This document shows positions 39,739 through 50,597 of a stretch of DNA of 64,000 bases, piece by piece. The position numbers were made by a program, and so were the translations under genes. The notes below the pieces were generated by a model. It saw nothing but the letters and a program-made list of their open reading frames with translations, ran no database searches and had not been told where the DNA came from. The DNA comes from Leptolyngbyaceae cyanobacterium (GTDB lineage Bacteria; Cyanobacteriota; Cyanobacteriia; Phormidesmidales; Phormidesmidaceae). How positions within the stretch are numbered: the stretch's first letter is position 1; every line of letters begins with the position of its first letter. The stretch lies in NCBI GenBank assembly GCA_050331235.1, contig JBHJHA010000088.1, forward strand, positions 1 to 64,000, written 5' to 3'.

Positions 39739-40006
39739 GATGCGCCTTTAAAGGTTGGATAGTACTCACCTTGAATACAGTTCTATCGTGCTAATTTTCT
39801 GACTTAAGGACCCCCAAGACACTACCTAACCTGGCATAGAGCCCCCGGCTAGTTTTATGAGGTTTTACGGTTGGCAGCCCCAAACCAGTGCTTTTACCTA
39901 GGGCCACTCTGGAAATTGTCTGCTGTTGCCATGATGATGGCGCTGCTAGGCCGTACGGCTCAGCAGCGTAAATGGCGCCACTGAGCCCGTGGGGACTGGC
40001 GATCGC

Positions 40007-40423
40007 TCAGCTAAACAGGTCTAGGGGAAGGGGGCCGTAGGTGCCATTTATGACATCAACGTCAGGGTCAGAGGCATGGAAAGTGATCAAAACGCCACGA
40101 GATGGACCGGAATAGCTGTCTACATACCAAGCACCATTAAGAGTATTGAATTTGAAAAATACTGGTCCCTCGACCGGAGACAACGTTAATTTGACCGGCT
40201 GACTGAGTGCCGCGACATAGGCCTCTAAAGCCGCTTTGCCCAGAGTGGCCTGAGCGGCACAGACACCAATCGTTTGATAATCCGAAACCTGATTAAACGT
40301 CTGCAAAATTTCCCGCAGTTCGAGGCGTTCGGCGTCGGCAAGGGCTGGCGGTACATCTAACCGGCTAAAGCGTCCCAAACGCCGACGCTGCTCAAGATAG
40401 GGGGAAGGAACAGAATCTATCAT
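40007..40423 (-). CDS. DUF1824 family protein
   Basis: SDYQTIGVCA, GPVFFKFN, YSGPSRGVLI, GPLPLDLF. Confidence 0.85.
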   Translation of the reverse strand: MIDSVPSPYLEQRRRLGRFSRLDVPPALADAERLELREILQTFNQVSDYQTIGVCAAQATLGKAALEAYVAALSQPVKLTLSPVEGPVFFKFNTLNGAWYVDSYSGPSRGVLITFHASDPDVDVINGTYGPLPLDLFS

Positions 40424-40519
40424 GGCTCACTACTCAACGTACCGTTAATGCCAAAAGTCTCTCGGGCTTAATGAGTATACGGGGTCGAGCCCATTTTGAT
40501 TAACGGCTCAGGTGTAGCG

Positions 40520-41269
40520 ATGACGACTTATCAGGTACGCGTGACGGATATGCCCTCCAGCGAGCGGCCGCGGGAGCGGTTGCTCGCCCAGGGGGCCAAA
40601 ACCCTCGCCACCGCGGAGCTGATTGCCATACTGTTGGGAACTGGGCAAGGGCCAGGCAAACTCTCAGCGGTGGGGTTGGGCCAGTATGTTTTGCAGTGCT
40701 TGGGGACAAACCAGCGGGACGCCATGGGAGTGCTGCGTGATGTATCAGCCCAAGAGCTGATGGAGATTCCTGGAGTGGGTCCAGCCAAGGCAACGAGCAT
40801 CTTAGCTGCGATCGAATTGGGTAAACGGGTATTACAGTCTCGCCCACCCGAAAAAACCATAGTCGATGATCCGAGTGTGGCGGCTGCCGCCATGAGCCAT
40901 GAGTTGATGTGGCAATCACAAGAGCGGTTTGCGGTCTTATTCCTCGACATCAAGCACCGGATCTTAGGGATGAAAGTAATCACCATTGGCACCGCCACTG
41001 AGACACTCGCCCACCCGCGAGATATTTTCCGAGAGGTTTTGCGCTATGGAGCCACTCGCATCATCGTGGCGCATAATCATCCCACTGGCAGCCTCGAACC
41101 GTCTCAGGCAGACATTGAGCTCACTCAGCAACTACTGGAGGCTGCTAACATCCTCGGTATTCCCATCCTTGATCATTTGATTTTAGGGAATGGTGATTTC
41201 AGTAGTTTGCGCCAGGTCACGGCCCTCTGGCAAGCCGCAGCAACTGCTCAAGCGCTAAATGCCAGCTAA
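40520..41269 (+). CDS. radC: RadC (JAB/MPN) family protein
   Basis: ERPRERL, HhH GVGPAKA, HPRDIF, AHNHPTG..PSQAD, LDHLI. Confidence 0.93.
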   Translation: MTTYQVRVTDMPSSERPRERLLAQGAKTLATAELIAILLGTGQGPGKLSAVGLGQYVLQCLGTNQRDAMGVLRDVSAQELMEIPGVGPAKATSILAAIELGKRVLQSRPPEKTIVDDPSVAAAAMSHELMWQSQERFAVLFLDIKHRILGMKVITIGTATETLAHPRDIFREVLRYGATRIIVAHNHPTGSLEPSQADIELTQQLLEAANILGIPILDHLILGNGDFSSLRQVTALWQAAATAQALNAS

Positions 41270-41807
41270 TTTACCGTTGTCATTTCATATGGTTACTCCG
41301 GATGGAGCAATGGGCGAATGAGACATCATCGCCATCGGAAACTGTCTATGGGTGACCAACAAAAATGCCTTTAGGTTGAATAGATGCTGAGGCAGTTTTT
41401 GGCCTTTGTAAGAACTATTCCACAGGCATAGGGGAGATGAGCAGGATAGCGCGTAGGGGAGATGAGCAAAATGGCTGACAAATGAATTTCAGGGCACCTA
41501 GCCCTTTATTAACCGGGCAGAGCGGACTACCCGACAAGTTCCTGGTGCTGACTATGAGCTTAAAAATATGGCACTTGAAAACCTTTAAGAAAGCTTTGAA
41601 TATTGAAGCGCTCAATACAAGATATGTTGATTGATATGAGGTTGATTCTAGTGGCTAACTTTGGGGCTTTGGGGCTGCTGCACAGTTCTGAAAGTTGCGG
41701 CTAGGGACGTCGGGGAAGAGGGTTGTGGTAGGAAGGAGCGGAAAATATATGCTGCGGTGGTTGCGGGCCGATCTACAGGTTTCAGGGTCTTAAAACTTAA
41801 GCCTTCA

Positions 41808-44800
41808 ATGACAAATCAAGATCGTGATTGGATAGAGTCACCATTGTTTGATGGAATCTGTGATTCGCCTTTAGCCTTATCTCCTAACGATTCGGTGGCG
41901 ATCGCGATCGCGCAGATGACGGCTGCGAGTAATTATCATTCCCCACCGGATCATCAATCAGTTCCTCCGCTTTGTGATCAGGTGAGAGCGCACTGTGCGG
42001 TGGTGGTTGACCAAGCCCAGATCGTGGGTGTGTTGACTAGCCAAGAGCTTTTCCAGTTTCAGACTCGAGGGCAGATAGCGAGTGAGCATTTGGTGCAGGA
42101 GATCATGCAGCCTGATTTTGTCAGGGTGACGCTGCGGGATTCTCGTCAAACTGTTCAGCGGCAACTGGTCGAGCGCGGTGCTCCCTGTGCTGTAGTTGCC
42201 GATGATCAGGGTGGACTTATCGGGATCATCACTCCCGCCACCTTGCTAGCCGCCCTAGAGGCCTCAAATTCTGCGTCTCAGACTCAGAATTCATCACCGG
42301 CGTCCTGGACTAGCGCTAAGCAATCGCGACCACAGCATAGCGATCTCGCCACATCTGAGCCTGAGATCAGCGAGAGGATCCCAGAGGGGATTTATCAGGC
42401 GCTGTTTGACCAGTCGGTGTTAGGAATTGCCCTAAGCCGCTTAGATACAGAAATTCCGCAACCCTTACACATTAATCAAAAGCTCTGTGAACTGCTGGGA
42501 TATTCCAGAGACGCACTCATGACCATGAGCTTTATGGATATCATCCCACCGGAGGATTTACCGATCGCCCGTGAGAGCATCCAGCGCTTGTTAGCGCATC
42601 CCGAGCGAGGGCAAAGCGTTGTTCACCGGTTTATGCGGCGCGATGGTAGCGTCTTTTGGGCCCAGGTGACGCTTACGTTGTTGAGCGGCGTGCCCCAGTA
42701 TCCGCCGGTCAAACTAGTGCTCATTGAGGATATTAGCGATCGCAAGGCGTTAGAGGCAGAGCTATCTGGTGCCTTCCAGAAAATGGGCGCGGTGCTTGAT
42801 AGCGCCGACGTTGGGATCGTCCGCTTGCGATTTTATCGTGACACGTCCATTGAGTACGACTACATATCGCCCAACTGCGAGAAAAATTTTGGCTACACCG
42901 AGGCAGAGCTGAAGAATAATTCAGACCTGTGGCGATCGCGCATTCATCCTGATGATTGGGCTAGTTCTGTGTTGCCGGCTATGCATGCTCTGCTGAGCGA
43001 CCACAGCGGCAAACCCCAAACCGTAACTTGCGAATATCGCTATCAGCGCAAAGACGGCTCCACCTGCTGGCTCTTGGGCAAATGCCAGGGGCATTGGATG
43101 GCGGCGGGGGGATATTGGAGTGTTACCGTTGTCGACACCGACATTAGTCACCAAAAAATAGCTGAGGCCGAACTGCAAGCAACCACCGCTCGGCTCCGCA
43201 ACATTGTCGAGTCGATGCATGACTGGGTTTGGGAAATCGACGCCAACGGCATCACGACTTATTGCGGACCACAGGTACAGCGCTTGCTCGGCTACGAGCC
43301 GAAAGACTTGATGGGGCGATCGTTTGAGGTCTTTATGGACCCAGCCGAAGCAACCCGAGTCGCTGCCATTTTTCAACAACTAGCCGCTAATCGAGACTCC
43401 TTTCTCAATTTGGCGGCGACCCTGCGGCACAAAAATGGACAGCCCGTCATGATTGAGTCCAGTGGTGCTCCAATTTTAGATAGTGAGGGCAACTGCTGCG
43501 GCTTTGTCGGGGTCGATCGCGACGTTAGCGATATCAGGCGGGCAGCGCAAAAGCTGGATGCCTACAACCAACTGCTGGTCAAAACAGCTCGCAATGAGCC
43601 CCTCGCAACGGTTTTACAGGCTAGCGTCCACACGGCCCAGCAATTGCTCGACACCAGCGCCGCAACCCTCTTTTTGCTAGATGAAACCGCTCACCTCAAG
43701 TGCCTTGCTGCCACTGACTTTCCGCCAGCTCTGAGCCAACTGATCGAAGCCAGTGACCAAGACGCGGCGATTCCGTGTGCTGCCGTAACCCAACGGCAGG
43801 AACCGCTCATCTGCGCTGATCTCCGAGCTGATGAGCGCTGGCCTGGCTATGGAGACTTGGCGCTAGACTACGGATTCCAATCGGTTTGGTCTTATCCCCT
43901 CACTCAGGCAGACGGTAGCCCCTTAGGCGCGTTTGCCCTGTACTATCGGGAACCCAGATCGCCGCAGCCCACAAAACTCGACTTCATGGCTCAGTTGGCC
44001 AATATCGCTGAGATTGCCATTACGAAAGCGCAAACCACGATCGCCCTGCAGGACAGTGAAGACTATTACCGTTGCCTGTTCAATCAGTCTTCTGCGGGGA
44101 TTTTCACCACCCGTGACGGGCACTTTATTGACGCTAACGTCCGAGGCTGTGAGTTATTGGGATATTCGCGGGCAGAGCTGTTGACCAAGTCAGTGGCGGA
44201 TATCACCCATCCCGACGACATGGTGCCCATCGTCCCCATTCAAGACCAGCTGATGACGGGCGAAACCAGTTTCTTTACCCAGGAAAAACGGTATATCCGC
44301 AAAGATGGTAGCCAGTTTTGGGGCAGCTTAGAGGTGGTGCTGGTACGAGACCAAAGCGGTGCCCCCAAGTGCTACATGGCGGTGGTGTACGACATCACCA
44401 GTCGCAAACTGGCGGAACAGCAGCGACAAGAGAGTGAAGCGCGCTTTCGCGCCATTTTCGACAATATGTATCAGTTCATTGGCTTGCTCTCGACCGATGG
44501 GGTGGTCTTGGAGGTCAATCAAGCCGCGCTCGACTCGATTCAGCAGCCCCGTGAGGCGATCGTTGGGCAACTGATTTGGGAAACCCCGTGGTGGGAGATT
44601 TCTCAAACCGCCCAAGCTCGGTTAAGAGCAGCGGTTAGCCGGGCAGCCCAGGGAAAATTCATCCGATATGAATGTGAGTGCTACGGGGCCAACAAAACCT
44701 TACTCACCCTCGATTTTTCTCTCCGTCCGCTGATCAATGACCAAGGAGAAGTCGTTTTGCTCATCCCTGAGGGGCGCGATTGCACCGAGGCAAAACGACT

Positions 44801-47800
44801 CGAAGCCGAGCGTGAGCACCTGCTAACCGAACTGCAAAATAGTGAGCAGCGGCTGCAACGGCTCGTAGCCGGGACCGCTCGCACCACGGGTGAAGACTTT
44901 TTTCCAGCGTTGGTGCAAAACCTTGCTGAGGCGCTGGCTGTGGAGTACAGCCTTGTGGCTGAACTGATTGACTGCCGCTTGGAAACCCTGGCTTTTTGGG
45001 CTCATGGAGCTTTGCAGGCTAATTTTTCCCATGAGCCGGCTTTAGGCCCCTGTGGTAGAGCGCTCCAGGATGCCCAGTACTTTTGCCGCGACGCGGTACA
45101 GAGCTGGTTTCCAGATGACGATCTTTTAGCAGAAATGGGGGTGGAAGGTTACTTAGGCTTGGCCCTGGAAAGCAACAGCGGGGAAGCGATGGGGGTGTTA
45201 TGCATTATGAGTGCCCGGCCGCTGCAAGTGCTCCAAAACTATGAGCCTCTATTGCAGATATTCGCGGCACGGGCAGCGGCGGAACTCGAACGCCAGCGGA
45301 CAGAATCAGCTCTCAAGAGCATTGTAGAGGGCACAGCCGCCTTGACCGGACCAGACTTTTTTGCCGCACTTGTACGTCACATTGCAGAGGCACTAAGGGT
45401 GTCCCACGTATTTATCAGCGAAGCGGTTGAGGGCGATCGCCTACGCTTCTTGGCGGCTTGGGGAGATGGCGAGTATTTGCCCAATGACACCGTTGACGCG
45501 ATAGGGACGACCTGTGCAGTGGCGCTCAGAGAAGGCAGCTACCATTGCGATCGCGATGTGATTGCCCGTTTCCCCCACAATCCTCGACTGCCCGCCATGC
45601 AAGTTGAGAGCTATCAAGGAATAGCCCTGAAAAATCGTGCCGGTCGGGCCATCGGTACCCTGTGTGTATTTGCGCGTCGGCCTTTACTGATTCCTGACCG
45701 CTCAGAACAAACATTGCGAGTCTTTGCCGCCCGAGCCACCGCTGAGCTTGAGCGCTTGCACGCGCAAACGGCCTTGGAAAGCCTCAACCAAGCCTTAGAG
45801 GCACGGGTCGAACGGCGAACGGCGGCCCTGCTAGCGCAGGAGTCGCGATATCGGGCATTGATGAGCGCAGCGCGAGACATGATCGGTATCGTCGACCTTG
45901 ACGGCAATGTCTTGGAGGCCAACCCCGTTGCGGCGAGGCTGTTGGGATATAGCCAGGCTGAGCTGACCAGCCTGAACCTAGCCCAGCTCCATGCCCCCGA
46001 AGATTTGCTGTTTTTACAGACTCAGCATGAAAAGTTAATGCACGGCGAAATCACGTCATACGCTTGTGATCTTGACTTTGTTTGCAAAGATGGCAGCCGC
46101 CTGCCCACCAGTTGTTCCGTCAGTCTGGTGGATGTAGATGGAACACCCCTGATGATGGGGGTCTTTCGGGATATCCGCGATCGCAAACAAGCAGAAGCAC
46201 AATTGCAGGCGCTGTCTGATCGGCTAGAGCTCGCCATCCGATCAGCGGAAATTGGCATCTGGGAATGGAACTTTCAAACTCAACATTTGACCTGGGATGC
46301 CCGGATGTTTGAGATCTACGGCGTGCAGCCTGCGAATTTCCAGCACCGCTACGAAGACTTTGTGAACTGTGTTCATCCAGAAGATCTGGGCAAAATCGAA
46401 CCGGAAACCTTTGAGGAGAACAACAATTTTGCTACGGAGTTTCGCATTGTGCGTCCCGATGGCACAATTCGCCACGTATTCTCAACGGCTTTGATTCAAA
46501 CCGATAGCAGCGGACAACCCGCTCGGGCGGTCGGGGTCAATTTGGACATCACCGCCCGGAAGCTGGCCGAAGAACATCTCCGCGCGAGTGAGCAGCGCTA
46601 TGCGACCCTGGCGGCGACGGTACCGGTCGGTCTATATCGGTTTGATCCGCGTGGCCGGTGTACCTATATCAACCAACGCCTGAGCCAAATTACCGGATTC
46701 TCAATGGACGCTGCCCTAGGTTCTGGATGGCCGACCATCTTGCATCCGGCAGATCGCGATCGCGTCCTGGCGCAATGGCAACAGACCCTGCAACAGCAAT
46801 GTCCATTCGAGATGGAATTGCGACTTCAACATGCCGATGGTCGTGTCGTTTGGATTTACGAGTACTGTGTACCAGAACGGGATGCTTCTGGACGCGTCAT
46901 CGGCTACGTCGGTACCGTGACGGATATTAGCGATCGTAAGCAGGCTGAGTTGGCGCTACAGCAGCTATCGCAAAAGCTTTCCTTAGCGTTAAATTCTGGC
47001 AGCTTAGGCTACTGGGAATGGAATATTCTCACCAATGAAGTGACTTGGGATGAAAAGCTATACGAATTTCATGGGTTGACGCAGCTGCCATTGAGCTACG
47101 AGCGATTTAGAAAGACTGTTCACGATGAGGATATTGAGCTGCTAGAGCAACTCGTCCAACATGCCGTTGCCGGTGACTGCGACTATCACAATGCCCTAGG
47201 TCGCTCCTGTCCCTGTGAGCTGATTTATCGCGCTGTCCATCAAGACGGCACCATCACGTTTATAAAAGCTTACGGCGTCGTACTGCGTGATCACCAAAAC
47301 CAGCCGACCAGCATGCTAGGGGTCAGTTTCGACGTGACAGATTTCAAGGCGACGCAGGAGCAGTTAACTTTCACCAATATCGAGCTAGCCCGCGCCACTC
47401 GACTCAAAGACGAGTTTTTGGCAAATATGAGTCACGAGCTACGGACGCCGATGAATGCCATTTTAGGGAATACCGAAGCGATTTTAGAGGGCATTTATGG
47501 CGAAGTCTCTAGAGCCCAACAAAATGCCTTAGCGACGATAGAGAGCAGCGGTCACCATTTGTTAAGACTGATCAACGAGATCCTTGATTTGGCCAAGATT
47601 GAATCGGGTCAAATCAGACTTTACCCCGGTGCTATTAACCTCAAAGTTCTCTGCGAAGAAAGCATTTTATTTATCCGACAGCAGGCAACCAAAAAGCGCT
47701 TGCAGGTCAATCTGCATGTCTCTCCTCAGGTGCCAGTGATTGCTGCTGATGAGCTGCGCATCCGGCAGGTGATAATCAATCTGTTGAACAACGCAGTGAA

Positions 47801-48563
47801 ATTTACCCCTGAGGGCGGGGCTGTGTCGCTCAGGGTTCTCAACTGCATAGAGACTCCTGCCGCCGCGACGAGCGATGAGCAGTGGCTGCGGGTGATGGTC
47901 ACAGATACCGGCATCGGCATCCACGCGGATGATCTGTCCAAGCTCTTTCAACCTTTTGTGCAGGTTGATGGTGCCCTCAATCGTCAACATGAGGGCACCG
48001 GGCTAGGGCTGGCTTTGGTCAAGCGGATTGTGGAGCTGCACGGGGGGCAGGTGGGGGTTCAGAGTACGGTGGGGGCGGGCAGCCAATTTTGGTTTGATCT
48101 GCCCTATCAACCGGTGACGATCGCTGACCAGTCGGCCTTAACGGCAGACTCCACTATCGAAACCGAAACCCGTAACCCGCCGTCTCCCCCGCTAACGGTG
48201 CTCATTGCTGAAGATAATCCGCAAAATGCTGAAATGTTGACGCTCTACCTGCAGAACAAAGGCTATACGGTGTTGCTGGCCAGTGATGGCCAACGGGCCA
48301 TTGATCTGGTCCAGTCTGAACAACCCGATATTGTGCTGATGGATGTACAGATGCCCGGAGTTGATGGCTTAGAGGCGATCCGCCAGATTCGTCAGAGGGC
48401 AGAGTGTGCCTCCCTACCGATTATTGCGTTGACGGCGCTGGCCATGGCAGGCGATCGTGAAAGGTGTTTGGCAGCCGGGGCGACGGCTTATCACAGCAAA
48501 CCCTTTAAGCTCAAAGAGCTCACTGCCCAATTGGAACTGCTCTGCGCAGCCGCTTCAGATTGA
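41808..48563 (+). CDS. Giant CBS-multiPAS-GAF(x3) hybrid histidine kinase (about 2250 aa)
   Basis: Degenerate CBS pair, many PAS/PAC, three GAFs, SHELRTPMN, NAVKFT, GTGLGL, REC; first ATG at 41808. Confidence 0.92.
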   Translation: MTNQDRDWIESPLFDGICDSPLALSPNDSVAIAIAQMTAASNYHSPPDHQSVPPLCDQVRAHCAVVVDQAQIVGVLTSQELFQFQTRGQIASEHLVQEIMQPDFVRVTLRDSRQTVQRQLVERGAPCAVVADDQGGLIGIITPATLLAALEASNSASQTQNSSPASWTSAKQSRPQHSDLATSEPEISERIPEGIYQALFDQSVLGIALSRLDTEIPQPLHINQKLCELLGYSRDALMTMSFMDIIPPEDLPIARESIQRLLAHPERGQSVVHRFMRRDGSVFWAQVTLTLLSGVPQYPPVKLVLIEDISDRKALEAELSGAFQKMGAVLDSADVGIVRLRFYRDTSIEYDYISPNCEKNFGYTEAELKNNSDLWRSRIHPDDWASSVLPAMHALLSDHSGKPQTVTCEYRYQRKDGSTCWLLGKCQGHWMAAGGYWSVTVVDTDISHQKIAEAELQATTARLRNIVESMHDWVWEIDANGITTYCGPQVQRLLGYEPKDLMGRSFEVFMDPAEATRVAAIFQQLAANRDSFLNLAATLRHKNGQPVMIESSGAPILDSEGNCCGFVGVDRDVSDIRRAAQKLDAYNQLLVKTARNEPLATVLQASVHTAQQLLDTSAATLFLLDETAHLKCLAATDFPPALSQLIEASDQDAAIPCAAVTQRQEPLICADLRADERWPGYGDLALDYGFQSVWSYPLTQADGSPLGAFALYYREPRSPQPTKLDFMAQLANIAEIAITKAQTTIALQDSEDYYRCLFNQSSAGIFTTRDGHFIDANVRGCELLGYSRAELLTKSVADITHPDDMVPIVPIQDQLMTGETSFFTQEKRYIRKDGSQFWGSLEVVLVRDQSGAPKCYMAVVYDITSRKLAEQQRQESEARFRAIFDNMYQFIGLLSTDGVVLEVNQAALDSIQQPREAIVGQLIWETPWWEISQTAQARLRAAVSRAAQGKFIRYECECYGANKTLLTLDFSLRPLINDQGEVVLLIPEGRDCTEAKRLEAEREHLLTELQNSEQRLQRLVAGTARTTGEDFFPALVQNLAEALAVEYSLVAELIDCRLETLAFWAHGALQANFSHEPALGPCGRALQDAQYFCRDAVQSWFPDDDLLAEMGVEGYLGLALESNSGEAMGVLCIMSARPLQVLQNYEPLLQIFAARAAAELERQRTESALKSIVEGTAALTGPDFFAALVRHIAEALRVSHVFISEAVEGDRLRFLAAWGDGEYLPNDTVDAIGTTCAVALREGSYHCDRDVIARFPHNPRLPAMQVESYQGIALKNRAGRAIGTLCVFARRPLLIPDRSEQTLRVFAARATAELERLHAQTALESLNQALEARVERRTAALLAQESRYRALMSAARDMIGIVDLDGNVLEANPVAARLLGYSQAELTSLNLAQLHAPEDLLFLQTQHEKLMHGEITSYACDLDFVCKDGSRLPTSCSVSLVDVDGTPLMMGVFRDIRDRKQAEAQLQALSDRLELAIRSAEIGIWEWNFQTQHLTWDARMFEIYGVQPANFQHRYEDFVNCVHPEDLGKIEPETFEENNNFATEFRIVRPDGTIRHVFSTALIQTDSSGQPARAVGVNLDITARKLAEEHLRASEQRYATLAATVPVGLYRFDPRGRCTYINQRLSQITGFSMDAALGSGWPTILHPADRDRVLAQWQQTLQQQCPFEMELRLQHADGRVVWIYEYCVPERDASGRVIGYVGTVTDISDRKQAELALQQLSQKLSLALNSGSLGYWEWNILTNEVTWDEKLYEFHGLTQLPLSYERFRKTVHDEDIELLEQLVQHAVAGDCDYHNALGRSCPCELIYRAVHQDGTITFIKAYGVVLRDHQNQPTSMLGVSFDVTDFKATQEQLTFTNIELARATRLKDEFLANMSHELRTPMNAILGNTEAILEGIYGEVSRAQQNALATIESSGHHLLRLINEILDLAKIESGQIRLYPGAINLKVLCEESILFIRQQATKKRLQVNLHVSPQVPVIAADELRIRQVIINLLNNAVKFTPEGGAVSLRVLNCIETPAAATSDEQWLRVMVTDTGIGIHADDLSKLFQPFVQVDGALNRQHEGTGLGLALVKRIVELHGGQVGVQSTVGAGSQFWFDLPYQPVTIADQSALTADSTIETETRNPPSPPLTVLIAEDNPQNAEMLTLYLQNKGYTVLLASDGQRAIDLVQSEQPDIVLMDVQMPGVDGLEAIRQIRQRAECASLPIIALTALAMAGDRERCLAAGATAYHSKPFKLKELTAQLELLCAAASD

Positions 48564-48757
48564 GTTACGGATGGGTTGTCATCGGCCCAGGCCTCGCGCT
48601 GTTGTCCCGGTTGATGGCGAGGGGTCGCAAAGCTGCCAATAGCGCTGAGCGACCCGTCGCAAAAATCGCCCCAAAGGTCCCTATGTCGGTACTCCCTTGA
48701 GGCGATCAGAGAAGAATGAGAATTACTCACCGGTTGGTCAGCAATCCTGGGGATAGT

Positions 48758-49963
48758 CTAAGCGTCATCCAGAGCCGCAATCCCTGGTAGAGTCTTGCCT
48801 TCGAGCAGCTCTAAGCTAGCGCCACCGCCAGTGGAAATATGGCTCATTTGGCTGGCGACACCGACTTTCTCAACGGCGGCCACTGAGTCGCCCCCGCCGA
48901 TGATAGTGGTCACCCCGGTCGGCGTAAGCTCAGCTAGGGTGCGGGCGATCGCTTCTGTACCCACAGCAAACGCATCAAACTCAAATACCCCCATAGGGCC
49001 ATTCCAGATGACAGACTTACACTGCTTCAGCGCCGCCTGAAAAACGCTGACAGCATCGGGGCCAATATCTAATCCCATCCAGCCATCGGGAATTGACTCA
49101 ACGCTAACGGTTTGGGCACTGGCATCAGGAGCAAAGTTATCTGCCACAACAACGTCAGTGGGCAACAGCAGCTCAACGCCTTTTTCCTTCGCCTTGGCCT
49201 CAAGGGACTTGGCCAAATCGAGTTTGTCTTCCTCGACCAAAGATTTACCCACGCTGAGGCCGCGCGCCTTGTAAAAAGTAAAGATCATCCCCCCACCAAT
49301 CAGCAGCTTATCCACTTTGTCAAGCAGGGTATCAATCACACCGATCTTACTGGAGACCTTGGAGCCCCCGATGATGGCCGCCAGTGGCCGCTGGGGATTT
49401 TCGATCGCAGCCTGCAAATACTCCAGCTCCTTCTCAATCAAGAAGCCACCAACGGAGGGACTCAGATAGTTGGTCACTCCCTCAGTAGAAGCGTGGGCCC
49501 GATGAGCAGTACCAAAGGCGTCGTTGACATAGAGGTCTGCGTTGGCCGCCAATTCTTTGGCAAATTCGGGGTCGTTGCTTTCTTCGCCCGCGTGGAAGCG
49601 CACATTTTCTAGCAGTGCAACCTGGCCATTTTGGAGACCGTTGACCGCCTCGGTGACAGCCGCCCCTACACAGTCATCACACTTAACGACATCTTGACCA
49701 AGCAGTTCAGAAAGACGCTTGGCTACCGGCGTCAGGCGCATTTCGTCCACAACTTTGCCCTTGGGACGACCAAAGTGGCTACACAAAACGACCTTGGCAC
49801 CTTTGCCAGTGAGGTCTTGAATGGTGGGCAAAGCGGCGCGAATCCGCGTATCGTCGGTGATATTGCCCTGATCATCCAACGGTACGTTGAAATCGGCCCG
49901 CACCAACACTCGTTTGCCCGCTACGTCAGAGTCGTTGAGCGTTGCTACTGTTTTCTTAGCCAC
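48758..49963 (-). CDS. pgk: Phosphoglycerate kinase
   Basis: [46 protein letters not shown]. Confidence 0.99.
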   Translation of the reverse strand: MAKKTVATLNDSDVAGKRVLVRADFNVPLDDQGNITDDTRIRAALPTIQDLTGKGAKVVLCSHFGRPKGKVVDEMRLTPVAKRLSELLGQDVVKCDDCVGAAVTEAVNGLQNGQVALLENVRFHAGEESNDPEFAKELAANADLYVNDAFGTAHRAHASTEGVTNYLSPSVGGFLIEKELEYLQAAIENPQRPLAAIIGGSKVSSKIGVIDTLLDKVDKLLIGGGMIFTFYKARGLSVGKSLVEEDKLDLAKSLEAKAKEKGVELLLPTDVVVADNFAPDASAQTVSVESIPDGWMGLDIGPDAVSVFQAALKQCKSVIWNGPMGVFEFDAFAVGTEAIARTLAELTPTGVTTIIGGGDSVAAVEKVGVASQMSHISTGGGASLELLEGKTLPGIAALDDA

Positions 49964-50153
49964 AGGCTTGCACCTCCCAAGTTGCGATTATTACGTTTCT
50001 GCATGGCTCCTGCAGAGAGAGCCCCAACCGTGAATTACTCTATTGATTGAGACTGTGCACGACCCGGCAAAAGTCAGTCACCATTTTGTTGTCAGTGCTA
50101 CAGCCATGCTCGAGAATCATTTTACCGGAGTCTGTGTATTCGTCTGAGGAGCT

Positions 50154-50555
50154 ATGTTCAAGACGGTTCTGTTTCCTATTGATATGAGCCCCGAAGCTCA
50201 ACAAGCAGCGACCTTAGCAGCCGATTTGGTCAAGCAGCATCACAGCCAACTCGTTTTGCTCTCAGTGGTTGAGGCTAAAGAGCAAGCTGACCACCCCCAA
50301 CAGTCCTCAACCCAGGCGGTGGCGGCCTTGCTGAACCAGGCTCAAGCCATGTTTGAACAACAGGGCATTGCCAGCAAGATTCTCGAACGAGAGGGGCAAC
50401 CCGCCTTTGTGATCTGCGATGTCGCTGATGAAATTGAAGCTGACTTGATTATCATGGGATGTCGGGGGATTGGCCTGATTGAGGACGCTGTGCAGGAGAG
50501 CGTGACCAACCGGGTCATTAATTTATCTCCTTGTCCGGTCTTGGTCGTGCCTTAA
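50154..50555 (+). CDS. Universal stress protein
   Basis: FKTVLFPID, ADLIIMGCRG, SVTNRVINLSPCPVLVVP. Confidence 0.93.
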   Translation: MFKTVLFPIDMSPEAQQAATLAADLVKQHHSQLVLLSVVEAKEQADHPQQSSTQAVAALLNQAQAMFEQQGIASKILEREGQPAFVICDVADEIEADLIIMGCRGIGLIEDAVQESVTNRVINLSPCPVLVVP

Positions 50556-50597
50556 GGCGCGATCGCGATCTCTGCGGGCTGCCAGCACCCACGGATG

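Noticed and set aside
39539..39762. Plus-strand 61-aa and 72-aa ORFs in the track
   Set aside because: No motifs; the minus-strand zinc-ribbon ORF has RBS, Cys pattern and terminator support
40520..41269. radC as marker of a mobile or anti-restriction element
   Set aside because: Full-length chromosomal type with HhH region among core genes; no integrase or transfer genes nearby
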